NCBI RefSeq assembly: GCF_023055435.1
Contig: NW_025963779.1
Coordinates: 22,444,001-22,508,000, forward strand
DNA: 64,000 nucleotides
Source of the DNA: Haliotis rufescens
Taxonomy: Eukaryota
Direction of reading: 5' to 3'
Below the pieces are notes generated by a model. It searched no databases, was not told the DNA's origin, and worked only from the letters and a program-made list of their open reading frames with translations. Positions 26,382 through 40,452 of the stretch are shown here, in pieces. Position 1 is the first letter of the stretch; each line of letters starts with the position of its first letter. Position numbers and translations under genes: made by a program.

Positions 26382-27781
26382 TAGAAGCGTTAACCATGTA
26401 GCAAAATATTCCAAAATGACATGCATTATGAATGTGTTTGTGGTGCCACAGGTAGGGAAGGATATGGTCAGCTTTTCGTGAACATGTGGCATCATTACTA
26501 TTTGATAGTCATTAAAAAACATTCTTATGATATAGTTGACATTGTACAACAGACTCTGCTTCTTTGAGATTTCTTTTGATTATGGAAATGGTACTTGTTA
26601 CTTTTATCTACAAACAGTATGTGTATTGCTGCCAAGTGACAGACATGTACTGATGGGGACACCCAAGATTGAGCATTACAGCTGGTGTCTGTGTTTGGAA
26701 TCAACCCAATCATGTTGTAACAAGACACAAGGCTACTGTAGCACACCAGCACAGGGACAGCCATGATTAGCATCACTGATAGGAGTATGAATTGCTCATA
26801 TCTGGAACACAACAACCAGTCCTGATACTTATCTGATGTTTTGTATTCAATCAGTTTTTAATGCTGTTAAGGAGTTCATTTGTTTGTGTTGAGAGTGATA
26901 TATTTCACAAGTCAACATTATTAGTCAAGAATAAAAAAATCTTTCAGTTTCAATCAGTCATGCAATGTGTACAATCAAGATATGTCATGCCTTCCATTTC
27001 AAATCAAATAAACAAATATGTATTGAAGTATACTCAATGTCATCATGTCAACACAAAGCATCACCAACCTGCTTCAGCTTCATCTTATCATTCATCGTGT
27101 TTGTTCTGAATTTGAGGAAACAAAACATGTCACAAGACACCAAATTAAATGCAGATCTATAATAGTGTAATGTTGAGTGAGTTGGCTACTAGCTTGTGCA
27201 ATTTGTATTTGTTAGTTCCCAACATATCCATATTCAGATCCATTGCAAACAGTGAGTCAAACAATAAAAAATGTCAACAACTCGTTTTCTGTTCTAATTC
27301 GTTTCTTATCGTATAATATGTCTATCAGGTATTGAAAAGTGTCCACAAGAGCAGTAGACTCTCTGTTATCCGACAACATTATCAGTAAGTGCTGACAGCT
27401 TGATAAATGGCAAGTCTATTCTCTCTTTACAAATTACCAACATCCAAATGTATATAACCTTGAATAGAAAATGATTACTTAGCATTGCAAATTCACGTGT
27501 TTCAGGTTTATTATAGTTCATGCAGTTGATAGCCTTTTGTTCTCAAACCACCACAGTCGTACCTTATCAAGATGAAGTCGTACAGTCACACTAACTCGTT
27601 TGACAAATGATTGCTCCAAATCTATATTTAGGCATGACTAAATGCACCTGTAATCCCCCGGCATACATAAGTGTTCCACAGGTACTGCTAGGAGTCCACT
27701 AAGCCACCTGACAGTTACGTAAAATAAATGACTTTCTGCACATAACTGTCATATATCTCTATCCCACATTATTCTTGATTA

Positions 27782-27950
27782 GGGGCGGTCGGGTAGCCTA
27801 GTGGTTTAAGCGTTAGCTCGTCACGCCGAAGACCCGGGTTCGATTCCCGACATGGGTACAATGTGTGAAGCCCATTTCTGCTGTCCCCCGCCGTGATATT
27901 GCTGGAATATTGCTAAAAGCGGCGTAAAACCATACTCACTCACTCACTCA
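27782..27950 (+). mobile_element. tRNA(Asp-like)-derived SINE family B
   Basis: Head tagcctagtggtt...gtcacgcc...ggttcgattccc, (actc)n tail and perfect TSD attcttgatta. Confidence 0.92.
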
Positions 27951-27981
27951 TTCTTGATTAGAGTGGAAAGTACTGGAGTTT

Positions 27982-28210
27982 TGATTGTTTAGTTTTTAAT
28001 GTTGCACTCAGCAATATTCCAGGTATATGATGGAGATCTGTAAATAATCAAAACTGCACCAGACAATCTAGTGACTTACATCATGAGCACCGATCTATGC
28101 ATTTGGGATATTTTGACATGCATCAATCAAGACAGTGAGCCTGATCCTCCGTTCACAGAAGTTGCCTCTTATGACAGGCATGGATTGCTGTAGACCAATT
28201 CTAACCCAGA
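27982..28210 (-). mobile_element. SINE-like family C copy, diverged
   Basis: Core cactcagcaatattccag...gcctcttatgacaggcatgg. Confidence 0.75.
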
Positions 28211-29403
28211 ATAGAGGAGATATGATGAAGGGAATTCCATATTTGTATCTCAACCTCAGTGAAGTTGGTCAAGAAAAATATCCTGAGGACATTTCATGAT
28301 TTTAGCAATTATTTATAGGACATTCTTCTATACCATTTCCAAACTTGAAAAATATCCTCAGGGCAGTTTGGATGACAATCAGACAATGTCCTTGAAAATG
28401 AATTGATCTGAGCACTGCAACCAATACTCAAAACACATCTTCATAACAAGAGTCATCAGAAGATGACATATCCCCCCAGTCTGGTGCAATTTGGAAATGG
28501 AGTTTGGCTACTTATACTCCACTTTTGGCTCATTGCCATTAGATACCTTTGTTCAACATGTCCTTGATAGAGTTTTGGCTACCAAAGTAGCATGATACAG
28601 CTAAAAGACAACATACAAATTATTGCAACAGGCAAAGAAATAGTTATCTAAAGGATAAATGAATAGTAATTTAATTACAATTTCCCTTCTCTGCCATAAT
28701 TATAGTACCTATAATGCAAGTCTAAAAAGTAATAATAAAAATTCACACACATACTTACCGGTATATATCTGTTCTCTACAGATGAATTATTTTCAACAAA
28801 TTGACTTAAAGTGTATGGCAGCCTAATTTGCCAAACAAAATAATGCTGTCAGTATTTTTCAAAATCCCAAATCATCAAAAGGCACCAGTTCACCACTAGA
28901 CTGATCTGTATAACTAGTTCCACAAGAAATATCCAATGGTTTTGGACTTCTGATTCAGAAACGAAAAATGGATATATCAACAGACTGCCAGCGGACAGGC
29001 ACGCTGATCGCCATATCACCCTGTTTTTCAAATCTGGGGAATAATGATGACCTTGGGTTCCTACAAAAAAGTAGATGCATGAAGGTTGATAGTCCTTGCA
29101 CCACAACTCCAGGAAATACATCTCCCACTCAAGTAATTTGTGGACAACATCCAGAACAGAAGCTCATTTTTATTGGATAATTATCACCTGGTTACAATGT
29201 GCTAGATTTTGGTTGTTGGACATTATATTATGGTCGCTTATATATAGGTAGAACTTTAGTATTCCCTGATATATCTGTACAATTAGATAATTAAAGCAAA
29301 TATGGCAACAATAAATGAGTTATTACATGTTCATCCACACTTTTCAAAACTTAGTTGACAGTCATTATATTTTGTTTAAAACAATCTGTTAAGGCATAAG
29401 CGG

Positions 29404-30904
29404 TAGAGGTATAACGATACGGGAGGGTCGCGATACGATACGTATCGCGATACAGGGGTCGCGATACGATACGTATCAGGATACAGTGTTTACTGGTACA
29501 AGCTAAGCCAAGTTGATGTCTTTCTGCTCTCTAAAAGATGTGACAAGTACAGTTGAAGAAGATATAAGGTGTTTATTTACTGTTATAGCAAATTGTCAGC
29601 AATACAGTATGTTTTACTGAAACAAACTGGCTTTGAAACATGAAATACGTTTAACAGTTTCAAAGTACAGTATTTTCTTGAGTATAGTGCGCACCCATGT
29701 ATAATGCGCACCCCCCCCTAGCGGGTTCAATATGTTGGAAAAAAAAGAAATTTGAATATTATGCGCAGAAAAAAATTACACCGTAGATCTACCCCTTCAG
29801 CGAAGTCCGGCAAACGAACGGGTGATGAGAAACTTTGTCAGTACAAATTTGAAATTTGAGATAAAAAATCACCAGACATGTTGATTTACCGTTTAAATTG
29901 AATTTTTTTTCAGCTATAGCTAGGCATTGTTTTATATCCAGGGATTAAGATTACCTTGTGTATTTTCTCGTAAACTAAGCCGGACACAGCAATCAGCTGT
30001 ACACACGTTTTCTTGGAATCTACCGGTAATTCGGTTAAGACACACCCAATGATATAACTTAACAGGATTTTAATGCAAGGATCGGCAAAAGTTGTATCTG
30101 AAACTATTTTTTTATCAGGAATAATATATTCCAATATCTTGTTAATTTAGATGCAGCTTTTACTAAACATATTTAAAATAATAATAACCCTAAGCGAAGC
30201 CGCTGATCGCTATTGCCGGGTATTATTTTTTACATGGAACCAGTCTGACCAGTCACCGTCAAGGCTCCCATGCGCGTGATCGCGAGAATTACGTGTTGAC
30301 ATAGAATCGTCCAAAAAAACAAATATGACTTTTAACGAATCAAAGTATGGCATTTATGATATATGTATCCATTCTCTGTCAACTAAAGTTCGTACCAAGG
30401 CATCAATAGCGGTAATCTGACCGTGGTTGCTGTAAATAACTGTAAGTTGTGCGATCTTCCGATTGCTTCACACACGATTTCGCCGAAATTAATTAAAACA
30501 ATATTAAAAGGAATTTTGAATAAAATTAATGAAAAAAGTTACAAACATAAGTTCAGATATACAAAGAACACTTTTTATAGCCAGACAGTGCAATTACATG
30601 AATAATTTGCGAACTTCAGTATGGATTTGTTGACATGGTATTTCCGGTGTTACGTGCTCACGGTAATGTCTTTCACTGGGGAAAAAAACCATCAAAACTC
30701 ATTAATTTGTGTATAATGCGCACCCCCTTCTACACAGCTGTGTTTTTTTGAAAAAAGTGCGCACTATACTCAAGAAAATACGTAAGTAAAACTGTGTTAT
30801 GAAAATATCGTATGTATCGCGATACATGCTTTCCAAATCGATGCATCGTATCGTGGGCTGTGCATTGGGATACAATACTGTATCGCCGTATCGTTACACC
30901 ACTA
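29404..30904. mobile_element. hAT-type MITE containing a nested MITE
   Basis: TIRs tagaggtataacgatac / gtatcgttacaccacta, perfect 8-bp TSD ataagcgg and cgatac subterminal repeats. Confidence 0.88.
29668..30782. mobile_element. pogo/Tigger-type non-autonomous element nested in the hAT MITE
   Basis: TIRs gtattttcttgagtatagtgcgcac / gtgcgcactatactcaagaaaatac, with TA on both sides. Confidence 0.88.
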
Positions 30905-33343
30905 ATAAGCGGACAAAAATATTTGATGGATGTGGTTTATGTGGAGGATAAATGTTTGCTTGGCTACATACATGTTATATTTTATCAACTGCAGAAAGAA
31001 GAGAACACTCATTCTGATTGTGATAAAATGATATTTGCATCATCAGGGAGAATTGTAAAAGAGCAATTTCTTTTTTCTAAAAAGGACAAATAATTACTGA
31101 GTCTAGATGTAGCATGAGATTTGCATCTATTTACATTTTTAGATTTTAAACCACGATCGATCAATCATATTGTCAACTAAAAATGTTAGTTGATTTAAAG
31201 ACCAAGTTGATTAACCCACAGGAATACATAGCTGTACACACACAGAGTATTCTTTATTGACCTGTGTATCCTTCGGCCTCGTAGGGTAGATAGGGCAATA
31301 ATAATAAAAAGATTCAGTCAAAGATCATCTCTGATAAACAGAAACAGATATAGAAAAACAAATGATCGGTAGCTTGACGATTTGGCAACGTGTTCAATCC
31401 GACCAATCTTCCAGGTTGATGCAGTCTTGGCGCGAATTTGGTTAAAATATGCCAAAGAAATATCAAGTGTGCTTTTTCTGTCTGTGATAGTCTGTTAATA
31501 GTCTGACTTAATAACTTCACTTCATAAATCTCTTACAAATGTTCGGTCATTCAATTTAAAAAACATGCATGCAATATTTGAAAGAGCTATTATATTTTTG
31601 CTACGATTGTCTTACGATCTTTCTGATCCAGATATGTACTATCTCATTGGATGTCTAATACTGTTCTATGCATATCAGACTGCCTATCTGGGATGCTAGC
31701 TAACTATTAGCCAATCAATTTGCTTAAAATAATCACATGATACATTCTCACGAAATTTGACAAAGTTTGATGTGTTGATATTTCTGTGCTGACGAGTCAC
31801 TATGTCAGCTAAAAAGCAAACTAACTTGAGGTTTACTTGAATTTTGACTTTGAAACATTTAGAGGAACCCTGATCATGAAACTCGCTATTTCGACCTCCG
31901 AATCAACCAATCATTGTGTTGTTTCTGGAGACAGCAGTGCTGGTCATAATTTGTTCTCATTTCCAAGCGTAACTTTGAGGTAAATTTCTGATAAATCTGA
32001 TAACCAATGAAGTCATTGTATTAAATTATGCAGGAATATACACGCCTAGTCATGGTGAACACTCTGACTAGCTGCGCTGAATTGGTTGTTTTTGGTTTGG
32101 ATTCTATTGCATTATGTTTATGTGATTCCTCTGTACATGTGTTGCCACTTGCCATGGTGGGCATGTTTTAAGTAGACTATGTACCTTCCTTGCCACAACT
32201 TGCACAACTTGGGGGCTCTCCTTCTTGTAAGTGGGTACCCATCCAATCACTTACCCACTCCTCTTGAGTGGTCCTTTATCCCCCAAGTCTACACCAGAGC
32301 TCAGGTCGCAGCCCCGGTCCCCAGACCACTGTCCAAGTCCCCAGTGGCCCCAGGACTATCACCCAGCTCGAGGTTGTTCCTCTCCTTGTGATAAAGTATC
32401 AGTCAGCTCCCAAATTTGTGGCAAAATTTTGTTTATGTATGTTGTTTTATCATGTGTATTAAATATTTTGTATTTCATCTCATTGCTCGTTGTGTTTGCA
32501 CAAATACTTGGCTGATTATTCATTTCAAGTGCCCTACAGGCACCTTGCTGTTACGACTCCCTGTCTTTTCTGTGCAGTTCACATTGTTGATACGATTTAA
32601 TGATCAGTTGTGGGTCGCTAATCCGGGAGCCTCCCAGATAGATCGGAAGGCATCACATGCATGACATGCACTGGATGGATTATCCATGCATGTTTATGGT
32701 TTTACAGTCCTAGCTGGCTGATAACAGGTGTAAATAAAACAATCACAGCACTGTAGTGCAAATATGGTTGTCATATCAGGTGAGTTAACAATGTATAAAG
32801 GAATGGTGGTCCGTCTTTTAAACAGAAACGAAATTGTAAACCCTAAAAACTAATCTATGGCAGAATTACAACCTGCAGGTATGTAGAGAGTCATTATAAA
32901 GTAGCAATTGTAGTAAGTCAGTAGAAAGAAACTGACTACGACCCGGAACATATCTACTGGCTAAGTCTCCACTCACTGGTTGGTGTGACTTTAACGCCAC
33001 TTCTGTTATTTATTGGGTAATGATTCAATCAATGCAGATTAAAGTTGCTCAACAAGATAACTCTTTCTCTCTGCCTGGATATTCTGTTTTTAAATGAGAA
33101 AATGTAAATACCTACAATACAGGGGGCAAACTAAACTGTTGAAAAATACAACATTTATCAAATGTATATCAATAGTCTTGGGCAACTACAAACATTCAAT
33201 AGAAAGATCAAACTCTTCTTTGACACAAACAAAACAAATTAGTGTTTAACAGTCTACCTTATAAACATATTTAGCATTTATTTGTTTCCAAATTAACCAA
33301 CCCAAACAATGTCATTTCAAACAAAGTTGAAAATATTCAAATA

Positions 33344-33517
33344 CAGTACACTATGGTTATTACGAACTCAAAGGGACCACTGATTTAAGTTCGATATAAA
33401 CATAGTTCGTTATAAGCATATATACATGTATAAACAGCAAATGGTCGGGACCAAAAAATATGTTCGTTATATCCGTCAGTTCGTTATAAACATGTTCGTT
33501 ATAAACGTAGTTTACTG
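33344..33517. mobile_element. Tc1/mariner-pogo-type MITE
   Basis: TA|cagta...tactg|TA termini and repeated gttcgttata motifs. Confidence 0.75.
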
Positions 33518-34111
33518 TACATTAACTTAATTCTGACCTACCAAAACATACATGTATATGTTAATGGGAGAATAAAATAAATGTGACCTAAAATGAAATC
33601 ATTTCTTCTTTTATTCTCACATGCTTACACCACTATTAGTCTAACATACAGTTATGTTGGTACAAGTGTCTATGACAAGCAGTCAATGTCCAAGAAACTA
33701 AAGCTATCTGAAACCCTGTACTACAGCATGAATTAGCAGATGTTGCATGTTCATTAAAAGATACCAATTGAAATGTCCATCTTATAGCAATGATTAATAA
33801 TTCTAACATGTTATATTTTGTTATTTCTTTTACCCAACATAGGTAATATCAGTTTCTATCGTTTCAAATCCATCAGTCATGTGTACCTTTCTGCTGTCTT
33901 GATCTCTGCAAGACAAAATAAGAGACACCACACTTTGCCAAGTGGTTTCAATTTATTCCCCCCTCAAAGATCAGTCAGACCTAATAATAGACAAATTGTC
34001 CTGCGGTAATGTATAAGCAACAAACACACAGTGTATTGATATCAACATAGAAAAAAGACTGCTATTTAAACAGTTTGTATACCTTCTCACTGAAAGGATA
34101 TCTGTTCCACA

Positions 34112-36540
34112 ATGGAGAAAAACCACAAGTCTACCCTGCAGTTCTTCCATGTCAAATTGATGCTTGATTTAAGGGTGAATGAAATGTTTCTCGCACCATT
34201 CCTACAGAAGGGAGTTCTGCATGAGGGTGACATCGAGGAGATTCTGGTAAGTAACTAAACACATACCACAACGCTTTGTAGTCCATATAAAGCTGAGTTT
34301 CATTATTTCTAAATCTAGTTATTGTGTCATATTGTTCAAGATATACTTGTCCTATGTAGTCAAGCTTGACTGCAACTCGTTCGTTTATTAATATTTACAT
34401 GACAAAGCTGTGGTTATCCCACCAGTTCAAACTCAATCCCTTCATGGAATATATTTAAACAATGGTGGTAAAGAACATGATTGAACATATTTGTAGTCTG
34501 ACCCAATAGGTTAATCAGGTTTAATCAAGTATCTTAAATCAAGCCCTGCAATAGATATGTCATTTACAGAGTGGGCCAACTTCAAATGCCAAGACTGCCC
34601 AATTCCTCTCTATTCTGCCAAAATGTGGACCACAAGCATATGATGTCTGCATCCTACAACTGAAAGATGTATATCCTTGGATTGCTGAAGAAATGGAGGC
34701 GTCTTTCAACAAACTGGCACCAGTTATTGACTACAACAATCCCGGTATGCTATGAGAGGAAACAATTATTGTGAAATGAGTTGCAGTAAATATATATCTG
34801 AAAACATCACAATATGGATCCAACCACTGCCACATATTTGACGAAAGTATCTTTCTTATTTGAGTTATGGCTCTTATAGATCTAAATTACACCTAAAATT
34901 ACACCATGGTCTATGAAATGAGGTTGGTTGGTTGGTTGGTTGGTTGGTTAACGCTGCACTCAGCAATATTCCAGCTATATGACGGCGGTCTGTAAGTAAT
35001 CGAGTCTGGACCAGACAATCCAATGATTGATATCATGAGCATCAATCCACGCAATTGGGAGCGATGACATGCATCAACCAAGTCAGATACCCTTTCTAGT
35101 CAGCATTTTCAGGGATCCATTCATATAATTTTCATCACTGTTTTGCCTTTTGCACCCAATGGAATCAATTTTGGTGGATACTCAAGACTCAGTTAATATT
35201 TTGAATTCAAAATTTATTTCATCAATAACATGTTGACAAAAAGCTAACCATGCTATATATAAATTAAATGACAAAATATTTCTTTTTAAACATTGCAGTG
35301 TTTGGATTCCTTGACAACAAAGATTGTAAGAATGACCCACTCTCAATATCTGACACCTCAAACACAATTATCTCCAATGGGGAGAGAAATACCAAGACAA
35401 ATTGTTCCTTCCATGAGGAGAAGAGCAGCATGGTCAGAGAACTGAAACTGATTGTAGCTAGAGTTTATAAAAGGCTTGCAGTGTATTTAGACAGCAGAGG
35501 TGTGAAGGAATATGATCTGGCTTTGTCCGAAGTCCCAGAGGACATTCTGGAGGTAGTTGTTAGTGAGATCATAGAAATAATATCAAATCAAGACACAACT
35601 CTCTTGGCTATCTCAAGCCTATTTACCCAAGAGGAAAAAGAAGCCAACAGTTTGTATGAAATCATACAGGGTATGAAATCTAATATTGAAAGCATGGAGA
35701 GGACACTTGAAGGCATGATTGAGATGGAAAGGAAACTAAAACGGCTTGAAGAAGACCAACAAGAAAAAAATAAATACATAAAGTTGCTGGAAAACTGCAC
35801 TGAAAATTAAGCTGGATGAGATTGAAAAGCAGAGAAAACAAGAATCCCTCATGGGGAGGAGATTCGACAATGAGGGACACAGTCAACATCTACATGTACA
35901 AGGGCATGGCTGTAATGATGATACACCCAAGTTCATGAAGGGGAGTGAAACTGCTAGGACAAATGAGTCTGATGCACATGGACAAACTCACCATTTCCAC
36001 ACTGATCCATCTACTGGTAGATGTGAGGTGCATATTACACTGACCAATATCCACAAAACTACTGGAAAAATAAAAAAGAGCCCTAGACCAGTCGACAGAC
36101 TCAGTCAAAGACCATCAGGTCAAAATACATCCTGATGCCATTTTCTGACTCCAAGCAATCATCAAGAGAAGCTTTCGATAGGTAACAGGTCAACAGCAAT
36201 GCCGTTGATGACTGCAGCCCTGGTTAGACCACAAAGTGCAAATATGTCTCTGACCAGTGTAAGGAGACCAGGAACTACAATCAGCAGAGAGGTAACTGGA
36301 GATTCACTGAGGGGCGTCTACAGGGACTCCAGATCTGTGTCTGCTAGCCAACAGTCCAGCTCATCCTTGAGATCCAAGGACATCAGTTCAAGCATTGATG
36401 GATTCCAGCAGAGACCCTCTTGCTATCAGAAACATCACAAAACAAAATCCACAAGAATTTATGTTTTACAATGTCGGACTTCTCCAAAGACCTCATCTAA
36501 GATATTAACCAAACGTAAATCAATGCAATGGCGCTATTGA
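34112..36540 (+). pseudogene. CARD-coiled-coil paralogue B, truncated or pseudogenised; exons 34112-34246, 34570-34744, 35299-(35810 stop; ancestral end 36540)
   Basis: The CARD exons are intact (MEKNHKSTLQFFHVKLMLDL...IEEIL|SGPTSNAKTAQFLSILPKCGPQAY...YPWI) with canonical splice sites. Exon 3 aligns by eye to paralogue C but has a frameshift near 35791-35794 and an in-frame TGA at 36133-36135. As written it encodes 273 aa. Confidence 0.8.
34922..35087 (-). mobile_element. SINE-like family C copy (5'-truncated) in intron 2 of paralogue B
   Basis: (ggtt)n followed by the family C core. Confidence 0.85.
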
Positions 36541-36666
36541 GACAAGCATGTTTATATCATCCCTACTGATGAACAATCTAAAGTGACTTCAGGGAGAGCC
36601 AACTAGTGTTAGTGATTAATTTTTATCTAAACATGATAATAAAAATGACATGAAAGATGTATTTCA

Positions 36667-36720
36667 GAGTGAGTGAGTGAGTGAGTGAGTGAGTGAGTGA
36701 GTGAGTGAGTGAGAGAGAGA
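36667..36720. repeat. (GAGT)n microsatellite
   Basis: Seen directly; a second shorter one is at about 37012-37036. Confidence 0.9.
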
Positions 36721-37825
36721 TATCAAGGCATGATATTTTCGACTTTTACCACTTGAAATCCATAAGCTATTGTATGCTGCTAACAAACTAATGCTTGTGA
36801 TCAGGGCAAATCTGGCAGTCAAACCCACAATCAATGGATCCTATCATGCTTGAGGGACACAACAGGGAATAAACCACCCATACTGTATTAGGATAACAAT
36901 GAATTATCTTTCAGCTACATATATTGTTGTACTGATCTACAGTCTGTCCCCGTATTATTTATAATGTGAAAACATTAAAGATTTCAGTGATTTCTGTTTC
37001 TTAAAAAAAGAGAGTGAGTGAGTGAGTGAGTGAGTGTTTCCGTTCTCTGCTTTATACTGGATATTGACGTGTCAGTTTTCTAACTTCTTATCAGCCAATA
37101 CTAGAATATATGATAGTCATTGCAATACCTGGAGAGTTGATGTTTAAATTTTTTTATGTCATCATTGCTACCTTGACATACATCGCTAACTTCAAAAACA
37201 GGTGAAAACAGTCCTAGAGCTATTATTAGCAATCATGGGACCAGAAATCTTTAGTCAGTACCGGTATTTTCGTTTGCTACCAGCCAACATTACTGGCAGA
37301 TAAAGATGCCCCTGGAAACACTGAAATAATCTAGTCTAGGCCAGTGGATGACATTATGAGCAATGTTCAACACAGTACGAAGGATGACACGCAATGAGCG
37401 ATGTCACTCGGCCCAGTCTGACCACCAGGTCCAATTTAGTAGCCACTTTTCAAAAGAACTAGAGTGTTGGGAACCGAGTCTAACCAAGGTCCCAATGGGA
37501 TAAATTACCAAATATCTTGGCAGCTGAGCAATTTATCAACAGGCACAGCCTGAACACGGTCACACTCACAAACGTAGAAGTTTATGAGAAATATTGTTTT
37601 ATCTCCTCGCCTTGTCTTTTGGCATCATTTCCAGTAGAAAATGTAACCAGTCTTCAGGATAGTTGTTAAAGTACAAGGCGAAGGTACTGTTGGATTACTA
37701 ACTGAGGAGCAAATTGACATTAGAAGTTTGAAATTAGGGGAGGGATGATGAAAGGAACTGAAGAGTCATCTACATAGAATCTATATACATATAATAATAT
37801 GTAAAAAAATAGTGTCACAGTATTG

Positions 37826-40452
37826 TAGCTCACCTGAATATGTTGTCAACGGTTCAAAATGTTAACAGACAGCCATGTAACAAAAGGTGCTGTCAGCATT
37901 GCTATGGCTGCTGGGTGATTCAAACCTTTTGAACAAATTCAGGTGTCATCTTTAGTGGGTACGGGCATGGTACACAGCAAAATGGTGTATTTTTCAACAT
38001 GGCTACTGGCAGTCATATTTGGCTTCCAATCAAGATGCCTCGGTACGACTACTAGTCGGGAGGGAAAGGCTGGATTTTATCAAAATTGTGAACTTTGGGT
38101 TAAAAGCAAAAAACTTGGCACACTTATACAATGAACCAATCCTAACATTTCTAGATATGGATCCACCTCAGCAGTGCCCCTTGGTGGTAAAAAAATCCAA
38201 GATAGTCACCAAATTGATTGAAATCGCTTATGATGCCAATCAATACTAAATATATCATTATCATCTTGTCAACATTAGTAAATTATGCAGGATTAATTGC
38301 AAACATTGCTGTATATAATTCAAATATAGTGGTGGTGACGAAAATCCAAGATTGCCACGAAAATTAGTTTATCTTCAATATCCACAATATCAGTATCATT
38401 CGTACATTTTGAACAATTCCAAGTAATGTCTCACTGAAAGTATTGGCTTTTGGTACTAAAATTCATTCATTTGAAGCAAGGTCTGTATTCCTTAAGGCAG
38501 ATCTTGGGAATCTATTAGACTGTATGAACTTGGTTAAATTCTGTAACTGTACACACAACAAGACTGGAATCAAATCATGTCACCAATTCTACATATGAGA
38601 GCTCCCAATCAAAGCAAAAAGGTCATATTGCAATCTGACGAAGATATTGGACCAGTACTGAAACATGCCTACAGTCAAAATTTTTATTAGAATCATTAAT
38701 GCTAGCTAGAGCAGCAACAGTTATCCGCAGAGATGTCTTCAGGTTGAAACGAATTTTCAGAGCAAAATTTCCTTCTGACTAACATGTTCTGTACCTGCCT
38801 CTGTGAAAGCTGATGTCAGTATGACATTGGATGGACCAGGCATTGAAACAATCCTCAACAAGAGATACAGTCTCAAGCGTCCCAAACTATCTCAGAACAT
38901 TGTGTTTTCAATTCATGAAATCTAGGGGCACCAGCTCATCAACACAAAGACACCACAGAGACTGAGAAATGCCAGTCCCAGTTTACTTGGTATTAAACAC
39001 AATATTCCATCTAATTTCACAACATGGGTTTATGCATTTCGTATGACTGTGTGTGGTGTATTTCAAAAGACATAGCCAACACAGTTTGTGGTGTTCATGA
39101 AGATGAAGATGTGGTATGCCCACCAAAAGATAACATCTATCATAATCCTGAGCTACAACAGCAAGATATTCACTTCATGGTACCTGCATTGCAGCATCCA
39201 ACAGCTGAAGGGAAGGGGACATCACATGTTGTTCTTTTGACTGAAGAAAGCACACAAACAAGGAAAACCAGATTCATGCAGCCCACGGTATATAGTAATG
39301 TGCCCCCATCCTTTTTTAGCAAGATGGGTAATTATTAGGGCTGTAAAGATTCACTCATATTTTTGGGGAATCAGACCGTATCCATTCATGACTTGAATTT
39401 CTTATTCATGACACAAGAATCGAAAAATTAAATGAGTGTTCTTTAACAAAATATCCACTAATTATATGCATACAAAGATTTCTTCAAAGACAACACTCTT
39501 ATATATTTAGTTTGACAGTATTGTGGTCACTGGTCATTGTCGCATTTTAGCAGATACTAGTACCTGGATAAGTGCAGTATATAAATGTATAATATTACAA
39601 TAATCATCAACACTGTCAAACCATGGCAAAAAAATTATTTTGTTATTGTTTTGCTGAAAATAATAAATAATACATCAACTGATGACCTGTTGGTGTATTC
39701 GTGAACAAATATTCATATTCGTTACCATATATTCATGATGCGTATCGTATTCGCCTCATAGCGTATTCGTTGCAGCCCTCGTAATTATGTGGCTCATTTC
39801 AAAGGACCTTTGACCCGAGATGTAGATAGTGTGAACACGGTACTTGACCATGAGTAAAAGTGGTCAAATCATATGAAGGAAGTCAAGGGGAACAATGATT
39901 TCCTCTCATAGGCAGCATTCAGTACGTTATTATCATACAACATATTCTCCAACAACAATTGCCTTCATGCCAATGTTCTCTAATGTGCTAGTCTGTTGAT
40001 ATGACACAGCATTCAATTCATGTGGTTAAAAAGGTTTCATGTGGTTTTTAGCAATTGAATCCAGGTCAGATACCTATGCTTGCAATGGATGAACCACTGT
40101 ATGCAACTGCTAAAACAATCCAGTGGAACAAAGTGAGCCAAGTTTGGTGCACAATTTTCGCCTTAACCGCCCCACTATACATATGGTGACAGCTCACTCA
40201 AAAGGTTTCAGGCCTCAATCTGTCCCTTTTGGTTTTGAGGAGAAGAATTTTTTATCATTTCTAAAATTAAAGATGGCTACCTGGTGGCCATATTGAAATT
40301 CCAGTTTTGACGCCTTGAACAACATCCACAAAAAATGTCAGCTGAATCTATCCATTCATTTCATAGAAGAAGTGAACAAAGTAAAAAAATTAAAGACGGC
40401 GGGCAACCTGCGAAGACATAAGCTCACCAGGCATATATGGCCAGGTGAGCTA
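37826..40452 (+). mobile_element. Decayed Academ-like DNA transposon derivative
   Basis: Inverted termini tagctcacctg / caggtgagcta. Broken peptides GLCISYD..., VVCPP, DNIYHNP, QHP and PGQIPMLAMDEPLYATAKTIQW resemble Academ-type transposases (family assignment from recall). Confidence 0.55.
39336..39780. mobile_element. hAT-type MITE inserted in the Academ-like remnant
   Basis: Termini tagggctgtaa / ttgcagccctc with perfect 8-bp TSD gtaattat. Confidence 0.82.

Noticed and set aside
27782-27860. Functional tRNA-Asp gene
   Set aside because: It continues into a SINE body and tail with TSDs, lacks a proper acceptor stem and Pol III terminator, and has multiple diverged copies.
36133-36135. Selenocysteine or programmed read-through TGA
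   Set aside because: It aligns to an Arg CGA in paralogue C, lies downstream of a frameshift, and no SECIS element was recognised.
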